Source: a virus
Reading direction: 5' to 3' (one strand)
IMG/VR virus record: IMGVR_UViG_3300027875_000001
Length of the DNA stretch: 58,550 bases
The notes below the pieces were generated by a model, which worked only from the letters and a program-made list of their open reading frames with translations, was not told the origin of the DNA and ran no database searches. Numbering within the stretch: position 1 is the stretch's first letter; every line of letters begins with the position of its first letter. Positions 24,566-32,889 of this stretch are shown piece by piece. A program made the position numbers and the translations under genes.

Positions 24566-25612
24566 ATGTTCGAGAACATGCGATTTACGGCCAGCAATGG
24601 GAAGAGTCCGATTGCCGGCGCACTGTTGCGCAGTCTCGCTGAAAGTGGCGAGTTGTCGATTCCAGGGTTGCGTGCTCTGTCACCGTTGAGTGACAAGGCA
24701 CAGGTCATAGTCGATAAAGCGGTGGTCGAGGTGGGGCTTGAGCGGCTCGTCTTCGCTGCCGATCTGATGGCGGAAGGACTCACCTACAGTCTGCCTGACC
24801 CGTTGAGTGTGACGCAGCTTGAATGGGACACCGAGAACAAGGTTGGAACCGCGCAGCGGACGATGTCGCCATCGGCGCGTGGAGAGAATCAACTCTCCGA
24901 CCGGTCGCACAACCGTTTGCCGATCTACCTCACAACGGACGATTTCAGCATCGGGATTCGTACGCTGAAGATGTCTGAGCGTGTGGGACAGCCTCTCGAT
25001 ACGTCTCTTATCAAACAGGCGACGCGCCGTGTGAACGAGAGTATCGAGGATGCCGCGGTCAACGGGGCGACGACCCTCGATGGGCAGGCGTTGGTGGTTG
25101 GTGGTTATGGGGCGCCGGGTCTGCTCAATGCGCCGAATGCCAATTCGAACACGTTGAGTGTCGATTGGACGGCGGCGAACATCGTGGGCACGACGGGGCC
25201 GGCGATATTGAACGACGTGCTGGCGATGATCGGCAAGGAGCAAGCGGATAAGAAGTTTGGCCCTTACAATCTTTACGTCGGTACGCTCGCTGGGAACACG
25301 ATCGAGGGTGACTTCAAGACGAACACGACAGATACCATCCGTGAGCGTTTGCAGCGGATCACAGCTGGTGGCCGAATGTTGCAGATTCGTGTCGCGGATC
25401 GGATGCCTGGTGCGGCGACGGGCACGCAGTGCGCGCTTGTGCAGATGACATCTGACGTTGTAGAGATTGTCAACGGGCAACCGCCAACGGTGATTCCGTG
25501 GACCTCGCTCGATGGGTTCACGTTGTATTGGCTGATCATGGCAATTCAGGTACCGCGTGTGCGCAGTGACTACGACGGAAACAGCGGAGTGTGCATTGGT
25601 ACGAAGTCATAG
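24566..25612 (+). CDS. Major capsid protein (HK97 fold, encapsulin-like family)
   Basis: 348 aa. LSPLSDKAQVIVDKAVVEVGLERLV..., LPIYLTTDDFSIGIRTL..., ESIEDAAVNG and GPYNLYVG follow the layout of encapsulin/HK97-type shell proteins. Position is canonical. Confidence 0.75.
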   Translation: MFENMRFTASNGKSPIAGALLRSLAESGELSIPGLRALSPLSDKAQVIVDKAVVEVGLERLVFAADLMAEGLTYSLPDPLSVTQLEWDTENKVGTAQRTMSPSARGENQLSDRSHNRLPIYLTTDDFSIGIRTLKMSERVGQPLDTSLIKQATRRVNESIEDAAVNGATTLDGQALVVGGYGAPGLLNAPNANSNTLSVDWTAANIVGTTGPAILNDVLAMIGKEQADKKFGPYNLYVGTLAGNTIEGDFKTNTTDTIRERLQRITAGGRMLQIRVADRMPGAATGTQCALVQMTSDVVEIVNGQPPTVIPWTSLDGFTLYWLIMAIQVPRVRSDYDGNSGVCIGTKS

Positions 25613-25693
25613 AACATTCTCGGCTCCCTGGCAAGGGCGTAAGCGAGGGATCGGCAGTGAACTCGGGCCGGGACGACTTCGCAGGAGTGGGTC

Positions 25694-25975
25694 ATGTCTG
25701 TCGAGTACTTACAACGCACGGTGGACGGGTATCAGCTTTTCAGAAATGACGGTACCCTTGTAGAGACGCGCAATCGTACTGGGAACGGTTGGTCGTGTAC
25801 TTACGAGATAGGTGCAATACCAGTGCGTGGTAGTGGGTTTCAAGTCGGGACGCCGAGCACACTTGTGGATGGTCAAGTCTGGGTCGAAGTTGAAGGAACG
25901 TCACCGAGTCGAACGATTACGCTCAAGGTGCGCGACAACGGAAGTACTGTGACACTGTTTACCGCGACGTATTAA
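25694..25975 (+). CDS. Hypothetical protein (93 aa)
   Basis: ORF track. AGGAG 6 nt upstream of the ATG. Confidence 0.55.
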   Translation: MSVEYLQRTVDGYQLFRNDGTLVETRNRTGNGWSCTYEIGAIPVRGSGFQVGTPSTLVDGQVWVEVEGTSPSRTITLKVRDNGSTVTLFTATY

Positions 25976-25989
25976 GGGAAGACGAGTTC

Positions 25990-27561
25990 ATGGTGAAATG
26001 GTTTAGTGGCGTTGCGATTGTACTTTATCTTAGCACAACAGTTTCAGCGCAGGTTCGATTTCGTGCTCCAAGTGTAGCGACATTACCAGCTGTGTGTCTT
26101 GTCGGTGATTTAGCAGTGAAGATAACTGCGGTTGCAGGACTGTATGTTTGTACTGCTGTTAATACGTGGATATTAGTTGGTAGTAGTGTTACAGATGCGA
26201 CGATCACTGTGAGCGATATTACTACCAACAATGCTAGTGCGAATAAGCATGGTTGGCTACCAAAATTACCAAGCAATACTACGACATTCCTTCGTGGCGA
26301 TGGAACATTCACTGCAGCAAGCACCGCACCTAGTGGAAGTGATACACAGGTGCAGTTCAATGACGGTAGTGCGTTCGGTGGCAGCGCCTTTACGTATAAT
26401 AAGACGGCGCAGACCTACACGTTCACGTCCAAGCTGCCGAACATCGACGCATCTGCGCTCTTACCCGCACCAGCGCTGGCCGGGCTCGGTGCTGGCAACC
26501 TGTCCAATGGCGTGTACTCCTACAAGTTTACGCAGCTCGATAACGATGGAAATGAAACTGCGGCAGGTACTGCAACGGCAAGCGTGACGGTCGTTGATGC
26601 AACGATGAATGGTCAGGTCACGGTAACGCAACCGTTCAGTTGTAGTGGTACTTACTCACCCGTTTACAATTTATATCGTACTGTTGCCGGTGGTTCAGTC
26701 TACAAGTATGTGGATCAGTTGAATTATACTTGTAGCTTGACATACACTGATAACATGGCTGATGCGTTATTAGGAGCGAATGCACCAAGTGCGAACGCAA
26801 CGAGTGTAGCGTCGTCATGGAATGGTGTGTCGTTCGCTGGACCAAATGATTCGACCAGTAACAATGGGCTTACTCAAGAATTTGGTGATGGGACGCAGAA
26901 TATTACATTTGCCGTAAGCCCTTCCCCGGTCGGCGCGAAAAGCTTTAACATTATTGGACAAGATGGAGGCCAGGCAGGCGGAGGTATTTCTATTGCAGGC
27001 GGACAAGGCAACAGTTCAAGTGGTGGAGGTATTTCTATTGCTGGTGGAAGAAGCTATGGTTCAAGTGGAGGAAATTTTACTAGTACTGGTGGCAGAGGAA
27101 TTACAACTGGAGGGAATTGGACGAGTGAAGCAGGAATAGGAGGTGTAACTGGTGGTGATTGGAAAGGATACGCAGGGTACGGCGCAACGACGAATGGCGT
27201 CTGGCGTGCTGGCACCTATACAGGGAACACCTCGGTTGATCATATCGTTATCACTGGTACCAATACTAACATCACGCCAACGTTGTCCGTTGGCGGTGCG
27301 TCAATGTTACCAATTCTTAGCGGTACCTCATCAGCTATCGGTGGCGGCTCGTTAACGGCAGGTACGTGTGCATCTGGCACGGCGGCCGTCACGGGTGCTA
27401 CAACGGCTATGGCAGTCGTCGCTACTCCAGTGACATATCCAGGAGATGGCACTGACTGGTCGGCTTACGTCAGTGCGGCTGATACGGTGACGGTGAAAGT
27501 CTGTGCACTCGTCGTCGTGACTCCAGTCAGCTCAAACTATAACGTGCGTGTGCTTCAATGA
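25990..27561 (+). CDS. Fibre-like protein with hydrophobic N-terminus and Gly-rich repeats
   Basis: KHGWLPKLPSNTTTFLRGDGTFT and DTQVQFNDGSAFGGSAFTYNKT are motifs I associate with phage tail-fibre-like proteins. GGGISIAGGQGNSSSGGGISIAGG Gly repeats. The N-terminus VKWFSGVAIVLYLSTTVSAQ looks like a signal peptide. Confidence 0.55.
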   Translation: MVKWFSGVAIVLYLSTTVSAQVRFRAPSVATLPAVCLVGDLAVKITAVAGLYVCTAVNTWILVGSSVTDATITVSDITTNNASANKHGWLPKLPSNTTTFLRGDGTFTAASTAPSGSDTQVQFNDGSAFGGSAFTYNKTAQTYTFTSKLPNIDASALLPAPALAGLGAGNLSNGVYSYKFTQLDNDGNETAAGTATASVTVVDATMNGQVTVTQPFSCSGTYSPVYNLYRTVAGGSVYKYVDQLNYTCSLTYTDNMADALLGANAPSANATSVASSWNGVSFAGPNDSTSNNGLTQEFGDGTQNITFAVSPSPVGAKSFNIIGQDGGQAGGGISIAGGQGNSSSGGGISIAGGRSYGSSGGNFTSTGGRGITTGGNWTSEAGIGGVTGGDWKGYAGYGATTNGVWRAGTYTGNTSVDHIVITGTNTNITPTLSVGGASMLPILSGTSSAIGGGSLTAGTCASGTAAVTGATTAMAVVATPVTYPGDGTDWSAYVSAADTVTVKVCALVVVTPVSSNYNVRVLQ

Positions 27562-27905
27562 AGATGTGCGCGTTGCATTGGGAGGACTTGCAGCAAGGGC
27601 TGAAGGACCGTGATCTGTGGCCACTTGTGTCGTCGTCTGATCATGCCGCGGTTGATACTTACTTTGCCGAAGCCGATGATCCACGTATGTTTGATCCATT
27701 GATGGCGGCGTACTGGCAGATTCAATCGGTGGCATTAGAAGTATGTGGCATGGAGTTACGAGGCGGCTCGAATGTACGTGAGCGTGATTGTCCTTTATGC
27801 GAAGTGATTGAGCATGGTGAGGATGCCGAAGAGTGGATTCGCGGGTGTTTGGATGTGCAGTTAGCACAGGCTAGGAAGCTGGGTCTGATGCCGCGTGTCC
27901 AGTAA
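27558..27905 (+). CDS. Hypothetical protein (115 aa)
   Basis: ORF track. ATGA-type overlap with the fibre-like gene. CPLC motif. Confidence 0.5.
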   Translation: MKMCALHWEDLQQGLKDRDLWPLVSSSDHAAVDTYFAEADDPRMFDPLMAAYWQIQSVALEVCGMELRGGSNVRERDCPLCEVIEHGEDAEEWIRGCLDVQLAQARKLGLMPRVQ

Positions 27906-27993
27906 CGACTGGTTGTTTGCGCTCGTGGTCGAGATATTGCTGACGGGTATGGTTCTCGGTTGGTTTCTTCATGGTGTTCTCTGGTGTGCGTGA
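27895..27993 (+). CDS. Tiny hydrophobic ORF (32 aa), speculative
   Basis: My translation from GTG 27895: VSSNDWLFALVVEILLTGMVLGWFLHGVLWCA. It fills the gap between annotated genes. Below the ORF-track cutoff. Confidence 0.25.
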   Translation: MSSNDWLFALVVEILLTGMVLGWFLHGVLWCA

Positions 27994-28002
27994 AGGGATG
28001 AA

Positions 28003-28221
28003 ATGAAAGGATTGGCGAGTACTGTGGCGAACAAGAAAAAGAAAAAGACGACGGCGAAGTTGAAGAAGGAACTGCTCAAGAAGTTCGACAAGTTCGTTGA
28101 GAAGTTGCCGAATGATGCGCGTGAGGAACTGCTGGACGAGATGCAGGACCACATTCAACAGGCCTTAGATGAGGCGGCGGAGAAGAGTGAGGAAGACGAG
28201 GAAGATGATGGAGCGGCGTAG
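28003..28221 (+). CDS. Small highly charged protein (72 aa)
   Basis: ORF track. Lys-rich N-terminus and Glu/Asp-rich C-terminus. Confidence 0.5.
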   Translation: MKGLASTVANKKKKKTTAKLKKELLKKFDKFVEKLPNDAREELLDEMQDHIQQALDEAAEKSEEDEEDDGAA

Positions 28222-28803
28222 ATGAGTGTGATCATTGCGACGCCAGGTGCAGCTGACGCGAATAGTTACGCGACACTGCTCGAAGCAGCAGCCTATTTTA
28301 CCGATCGTCTGCCGCTTGTGCCGTCGTGGAGTGCGGTGGCGGATCAAACGGCGGCGTTGATTATGGCGACGCGCGTGCTGGACTTGATGTCCGTGGCACG
28401 CCGGACGCTGCGCATCTCGAAGGATGGAACGAAGTACTTCTATACCAGTCGTGCGTGGACCGGTGCACCAGCGACCACGACGCAGGCGCTCGCGTGGCCA
28501 CGCATCGGCATGTATGACCTGAACGGGAATTTGATTGCTTCGACGGTCATTCCGCAGATGTTGAAAAATGCGGAGTGTGAACTTGCTGGACAATTGAATG
28601 CTGCTGATACCACGTTAGACAACCCAATCATTGTGGGTGGGATTACGTCTGTGAAGGCAGGGAGTGTCGCAGTCACGTTCAAGGAAGATATCGCAGCACA
28701 GGTCTTGCCAATGACTGTGCTGAACCTTATGCCCCCCTCGTGGTTTACAGACGAGATCATTACGTCAGCTATCAGTGCACTGTTCGACGTGATCGGGTTA
28801 TGA
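28222..28803 (+). CDS. Head-tail adaptor/connector protein candidate (gp6-like)
   Basis: The N-terminal ANSYATLLEAAAYF pattern is typical of head-tail connector (Phage_connect_1-like) proteins. It lies downstream of the capsid genes. Confidence 0.5.
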   Translation: MSVIIATPGAADANSYATLLEAAAYFTDRLPLVPSWSAVADQTAALIMATRVLDLMSVARRTLRISKDGTKYFYTSRAWTGAPATTTQALAWPRIGMYDLNGNLIASTVIPQMLKNAECELAGQLNAADTTLDNPIIVGGITSVKAGSVAVTFKEDIAAQVLPMTVLNLMPPSWFTDEIITSAISALFDVIGL

Positions 28804-28812
28804 GGTGTTGAT

Positions 28813-29049
28813 ATGCAGACAGGTGTATATCGCAAGACCGAAGGTCGTACCGGAGTTGGAGAGTTGTACGAGTTCGATTGTTTATGTCGTCATCATACAA
28901 CTGGTGAAGAAATGATCGTGTATGTCCCGTTGCGCATCGAGATAGAGTGGGCTGGTACGGTACGACATTGCGTGTTAGAGCGTAAGGAGTTTGAACGAAA
29001 ATTCGAGTTTGTTGCTGAAGGTTTGCCGATGCGAATAGGTCTATTGTGA
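28813..29049 (+). CDS. DUF1653-like small protein
   Basis: GVYRKTEG...LYEFDCLCRHHTTGEEMIVYVPL...RKEFERKFEFV follows the DUF1653 pattern (YRHYKG..Y.v...a.hsete..VVY) as I remember it. Confidence 0.4.
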   Translation: MQTGVYRKTEGRTGVGELYEFDCLCRHHTTGEEMIVYVPLRIEIEWAGTVRHCVLERKEFERKFEFVAEGLPMRIGLL

Positions 29050-29426
29050 GTCTGCTTGACGTTGTCCGTAGTGCTGTGAAGATTGCAGATAAAGTCACGA
29101 AACCTTTGCAGGGCCTTGTCTCATTTGAGCGCTATTTGAGTCAGGATGGTTTCGGGACGAAGACCTATGCCACTCCCGCGACGTTGCGCGCGATTGTCGA
29201 ACTGAAACAGCAACAGGTGCGTTCGACTTCTGGTGAATTGAGTGTGAGCCGTGCCAGTGTGTTGTTCCTCGACGTGGCCGGTTTGAAAGCTGTTGCACCG
29301 AGCGGGGTGAGTGTGAACGATCGCGTGACATTACCAGATGGAACGACTGGGCCGATTCTCAATCTTAGTGGGTTTGTGGATGCTGGGACGACACACGCCG
29401 TCGCGACGCAGGTCTTTCTAGGCTAG
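29046..29426 (+). CDS. Hypothetical head-tail joining protein candidate (126 aa)
   Basis: GTG start overlapping the preceding stop (GTGA). The call is by position only. Confidence 0.45.
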   Translation: MSLLDVVRSAVKIADKVTKPLQGLVSFERYLSQDGFGTKTYATPATLRAIVELKQQQVRSTSGELSVSRASVLFLDVAGLKAVAPSGVSVNDRVTLPDGTTGPILNLSGFVDAGTTHAVATQVFLG

Positions 29427-29454
29427 TCATTTTGTGAGGTCATTTTTGACTGGG

Positions 29455-29523
29455 ATGCTGTGGGTGCTTGTCGTGATCGTATTGGCCTTCTTACTCATTA
29501 TTGTCGCGTTACGTGTGATGTAA
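29455..29523 (+). CDS. Tiny hydrophobic ORF (22 aa), speculative
   Basis: My translation: MLWVLVVIVLAFLLIIVALRVM. Its TAA overlaps the ATG of the glycosyltransferase gene (TAATG). Confidence 0.25.
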   Translation: MLWVLVVIVLAFLLIIVALRVM

Positions 29524-30743
29524 TGTCAGAGAAAAAGAAATTGCTTTGGGTGGGCGATGCGGCGTGTCCAAGTGGATTTGCTCTCGTGACGCATCGTGTA
29601 CTTGACGTGCTGTGTACGACGTTTGATGTCACGGTGTTGGGGATTAACTACCGTGGTGATCCACACACCTATCCCTATCCGATCTATGCGGCAGCGCCTG
29701 GTGGAGAACTGCTCGGTGTGGGACGTTTGATCTGGATGTGTGATGTGTGTAAGCCTGATGTCATTGTCTTGCAGAATGATGGCTGGAACATTCCACATTA
29801 CATGAGACAATTGGCGAGGTTTGCTGAATATGCGCGTATTCCGGTGATTGTGATTGTCGCGGTAGACGGCAAGAATTTTCAAGGGCCGTGGTTAGATAGG
29901 GTGTCGCTCGCGATCTTCTGGACGCACTTTGCATTAGACGAGGCACGGAAAGGTGGCTACACTGGACCGGCGGAGGTTATCCCGCTTGGTGTGGATCTGG
30001 ACATTTATTATCCATTGGATACACTCGACGCGCGCGGGCGTCGGCTTCCACGTGAGCTAGACTTCGCCTTTATCGTCGGCAATGTGAATCGGAATCAACC
30101 GCGGAAGCGGCTTGACCTGACGATCCAGTACTTTGCTGAGTGGGTTCATCGAGAGAACGTCGCAGATGCCTATCTCTACCTCCACGTCGCGCCGACTGGT
30201 GATATTGGGATTGATGTCAAACAACTCTCTGAATATTACGGGGTGCTCGACAGATTGATTCTGATGCAGCCGTCTGCTTGGTATGGCATTCCTGAACATG
30301 AGATGCGCGACACCTACAATTGTTTTGATCTCCAGATTACGACGACACAAGGTGAGGGGAATGGATTTTCGACCTTCGAAGGGATGGCCTGTGGGATTCC
30401 GCAAATCGTGCCGGCGTGGTCAGCGCTTGGTGAACTGACGCGGGATGTGGCATGGCAGGTCTCGTGTCGTTCAACGGTGGTTGGCCCGCCGTATGTGAAT
30501 GTGTTGGGTGGTGTGCCAGATCGTGAAGGCTTTGTGCAAGCACTTCATACGTTCTATACCGACTCCGCGCGTCGTATGGTTTATCGCCAACGTGGCCTTG
30601 ACTATGTGTCACAGCCTCACTTCCGGTGGTCCTTCATTGCACAACAATTTGATCGTGTGATTCAGGAGCGACTCGATGGCATCAGGGATGAATCCGAGCG
30701 AGATGATCGCGAAACTGAAAGCGTTCACAGCGAAGTTTCCTGA
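29523..30743 (+). CDS. Glycosyltransferase, GT-B fold, GT4/GT1-like
   Basis: Start at ATG 29523 (MSEKKKLLWVGD). The C-terminal half contains TTTQGEGNGFSTFEGMACGIPQIV, which is the E-x7-E signature region of retaining GT4 enzymes. Confidence 0.75.
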   Translation: MSEKKKLLWVGDAACPSGFALVTHRVLDVLCTTFDVTVLGINYRGDPHTYPYPIYAAAPGGELLGVGRLIWMCDVCKPDVIVLQNDGWNIPHYMRQLARFAEYARIPVIVIVAVDGKNFQGPWLDRVSLAIFWTHFALDEARKGGYTGPAEVIPLGVDLDIYYPLDTLDARGRRLPRELDFAFIVGNVNRNQPRKRLDLTIQYFAEWVHRENVADAYLYLHVAPTGDIGIDVKQLSEYYGVLDRLILMQPSAWYGIPEHEMRDTYNCFDLQITTTQGEGNGFSTFEGMACGIPQIVPAWSALGELTRDVAWQVSCRSTVVGPPYVNVLGGVPDREGFVQALHTFYTDSARRMVYRQRGLDYVSQPHFRWSFIAQQFDRVIQERLDGIRDESERDDRETESVHSEVS

Positions 30744-31107
30744 CCGCGTGCTCTCGGCGATCTATCTCGAAGGACAGATCGAGATGACGGAATCGAAAAA
30801 ACGCTGTCCGGTCTCGCCAACCAAAGCGCAGTTTAAAGCGATGGGACGCTCCATGCCAAAAGGGATTGCGCCAGGGACACTCCGTGCGAGTGGGTTGGTG
30901 CATCCTCCTGAGCGAACTGGTCGTCGCGTGACGTGTTTGCTCTCGTATGGTGGTGCTGCGGAGGCGTATGCCATTGTGCAGCATGAACGGCTCGATTTTC
31001 ATCACACGACTGGACAAAGTCGATATCTTGCGAGCGTGCTAGAAGAGTCGCGCGAACATATGGCCGCGCGGATTGCGAAACGCGTGGATCTGCGACAACG
31101 GTCGTGA
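30676..31107 (+). CDS. HK97 gp10-family head-tail/tail completion protein (start uncertain)
   Basis: KRCPVSPT...GTLRASG...EAYAIVQHE follows the gp10 family pattern (aP..tG.Lr.si...YA..vE). Alternative starts are 30688 and 30703. Confidence 0.55.
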   Translation: MASGMNPSEMIAKLKAFTAKFPDRVLSAIYLEGQIEMTESKKRCPVSPTKAQFKAMGRSMPKGIAPGTLRASGLVHPPERTGRRVTCLLSYGGAAEAYAIVQHERLDFHHTTGQSRYLASVLEESREHMAARIAKRVDLRQRS

Positions 31108-31110
31108 TGG

Positions 31111-31521
31111 ATGTCGTTCCTGTCAGAGATGAAAGATCAGTTGGTGGCTTCGAGCGTCGGGACGTTCGGCACCACTATCTTTATTGGCTCTTCGGCCATT
31201 ATCCCGATTGGTGACGGGCCGTATCTCTCATTGATTGAAACGGGGGGGAGTGGTGCGGTGCGCTCGCAGAACGGGACGCCACTTGAACAACCGTCCGCAC
31301 AACTCTCGGCTCGAGCCAAGCAACCATTGGCAGCGCGCACGATGCTCATTGCTGCGTATACCGCGTTAGGTGGTGCGAATGGGTTGCATAATGTAACTTT
31401 GAGTGGGGTGTGGTATGTGAGTCTTACCTTTCGTCAGAGTAGCCCAACTGATGTTGGGTTGGATGACGCCGGACGTGCATTGTTGGTGATCAACGTTGAC
31501 GCAGAAAAAGCCCCTTCATAG
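31111..31521 (+). CDS. Tail terminator/completion protein candidate
   Basis: 136 aa immediately upstream of the major tail gene. IFIGSSAIIPIGDGPYLSLIETGG resembles neck/terminator proteins. Confidence 0.4.
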   Translation: MSFLSEMKDQLVASSVGTFGTTIFIGSSAIIPIGDGPYLSLIETGGSGAVRSQNGTPLEQPSAQLSARAKQPLAARTMLIAAYTALGGANGLHNVTLSGVWYVSLTFRQSSPTDVGLDDAGRALLVINVDAEKAPS

Positions 31522-31533
31522 GAGGACGAGAAC

Positions 31534-31968
31534 ATGACACTGGCTATTAGCTCACACGGAACGATTGTGTCACGAGCCAAGGCGGCGACGCCGACAGTGT
31601 TTGAGGCCATCGCCGAACTCGGTGACGTGACACCGCCGGAAATGATGCGCAACGAGTTCGACGCGACGACGCAGGACAAAAACATTGATGCGTATGTGCT
31701 TGGGGTCTTACGTCGTGGGGCGTTCACGACGCCATTGAATTTCCTGCCGACGAACGGAACACAGGACCATTTGACGGGTCTCTACAAAGCGATCATCGAC
31801 AATTCGATTGATGGCTACAAGATTACGTTTCCTGATGCAGTGGAGTGGGTGTTGAGCGGGCAGGTGCAGCACATTGCACCGAAGGCGCCTGTTGACGGAA
31901 AACTCTCTGCCGATGTAACGATTCGCTTCTCTGGTGGGATGACAATTGGTGGCGTGGTGATCATCTAG
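31534..31968 (+). CDS. Major tail (tube) protein
   Basis: 144 aa. FEAIAELGDVTPPEMMRNEFDATTQDKNIDAYVLGVLRRGAFTTPLNF matches the layout of siphovirus major tail proteins. It is followed by the chaperone pair and the tape measure. Confidence 0.75.
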   Translation: MTLAISSHGTIVSRAKAATPTVFEAIAELGDVTPPEMMRNEFDATTQDKNIDAYVLGVLRRGAFTTPLNFLPTNGTQDHLTGLYKAIIDNSIDGYKITFPDAVEWVLSGQVQHIAPKAPVDGKLSADVTIRFSGGMTIGGVVII

Positions 31969-31981
31969 GAGGTAAGTTTCA

Positions 31982-32191
31982 ATGACTGCTCAGGATTGGA
32001 ACCAGACTGAAACGTTGTACGCTTTTATGGGCTGGTTGACTGCACGCTTCCCGCCAATCCTAATCGGTTCGACAGAGTTGACTCCGCCTGTTTTAGATTT
32101 GATTCAGCAGTTTGTTGAACGACATGACTTGCCGTTGGCGTGCCGTGACGGTTGGGATGCTGGAATCGTTCCAGAGTCTGAAATTTTATAG
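31982..32191 (+). CDS. Hypothetical protein (69 aa)
   Basis: ORF track; lies between the tube and chaperone genes. Confidence 0.45.
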   Translation: MTAQDWNQTETLYAFMGWLTARFPPILIGSTELTPPVLDLIQQFVERHDLPLACRDGWDAGIVPESEIL

Positions 32192-32199
32192 GGGGATAG

Positions 32200-32547
32200 A
32201 TGTCGGATGAGAAGATCCTCACGATGGATGAGATTACCCTGTCTGATGATGTGGAGTATGCCCTCGTACCTGGGTTCAAGACTGGCGAGGTGTTTCGCAT
32301 CGGGTCGTTGACAGCGGGTGACCTGATTGAATGGTCGGAAGCGAACGAAGGTGAGGCGAAGCGCACTGCAGGTCTCCGTCTCATCACCAAGAGCCTAGTG
32401 GACTCGGAAGGCAAGCGTATTGCGAACGATACGCACATTGCAGTCCTTCGCAAGAAAAGTCATAAGGTGACTGAGCGACTGGTGCGGGAGATTCTGCGAT
32501 TGAACGGCATGATGGTGAAGGATGCCAACGAGACAAAAAAAGACTGA
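32200..32547 (+). CDS. Tail assembly chaperone (gpG analogue)
   Basis: 115 aa directly upstream of the tape measure. It ends just after the slippery A AAA AAA G. Confidence 0.75.
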   Translation: MSDEKILTMDEITLSDDVEYALVPGFKTGEVFRIGSLTAGDLIEWSEANEGEAKRTAGLRLITKSLVDSEGKRIANDTHIAVLRKKSHKVTERLVREILRLNGMMVKDANETKKD

Positions 32548-32888
32548 AGCGATCGGCACGGCGTCGTTTCGCCTATCAGTTAGCCGTGCGATTAGGGTGC
32601 TGGAATGTCGATGCCTTGCTTCGCAGTCTGACAGCCAAGCAGTTTCACGAGTGGATGATCTACGCAGAACTTGAGCCGTTTGATGAGGTGCGTGGCGATC
32701 TGCGGAGTGCGCTGATTGCTGCCACGATTGCGAATGTGAATCGCGGGAAGGGGCAGACGGCGTATACGCTTCAGGATTTTCTGCTGTTCAAGGAAGAAGA
32801 GTCACCGCGTCATCAGACGTGGCAAGAGAAGAAGGCGATTGCGATGGCGATCTGTATGGCGTACTCCGTCCCAGCGTTAGATATGTAA
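32200..32888 (+). CDS. Tail assembly chaperone frameshift product (gpGT analogue; -1 shift at 32535-32541)
   Basis: After a -1 slip, the frame reads AGA CTG AAG CGA TCG... with no stop and runs into track ORF 32586..32888, ending 1 nt before the tape measure start. Confidence 0.7.
32535..32541 (+). promoter_or_regulatory. Programmed -1 ribosomal frameshift slippery heptamer A AAA AAA
   Basis: Seven consecutive A (32535-32541) in X XXY YYZ phase of the chaperone frame, 4 nt before its stop codon. Confidence 0.7.
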
Positions 32889-32889
32889 G

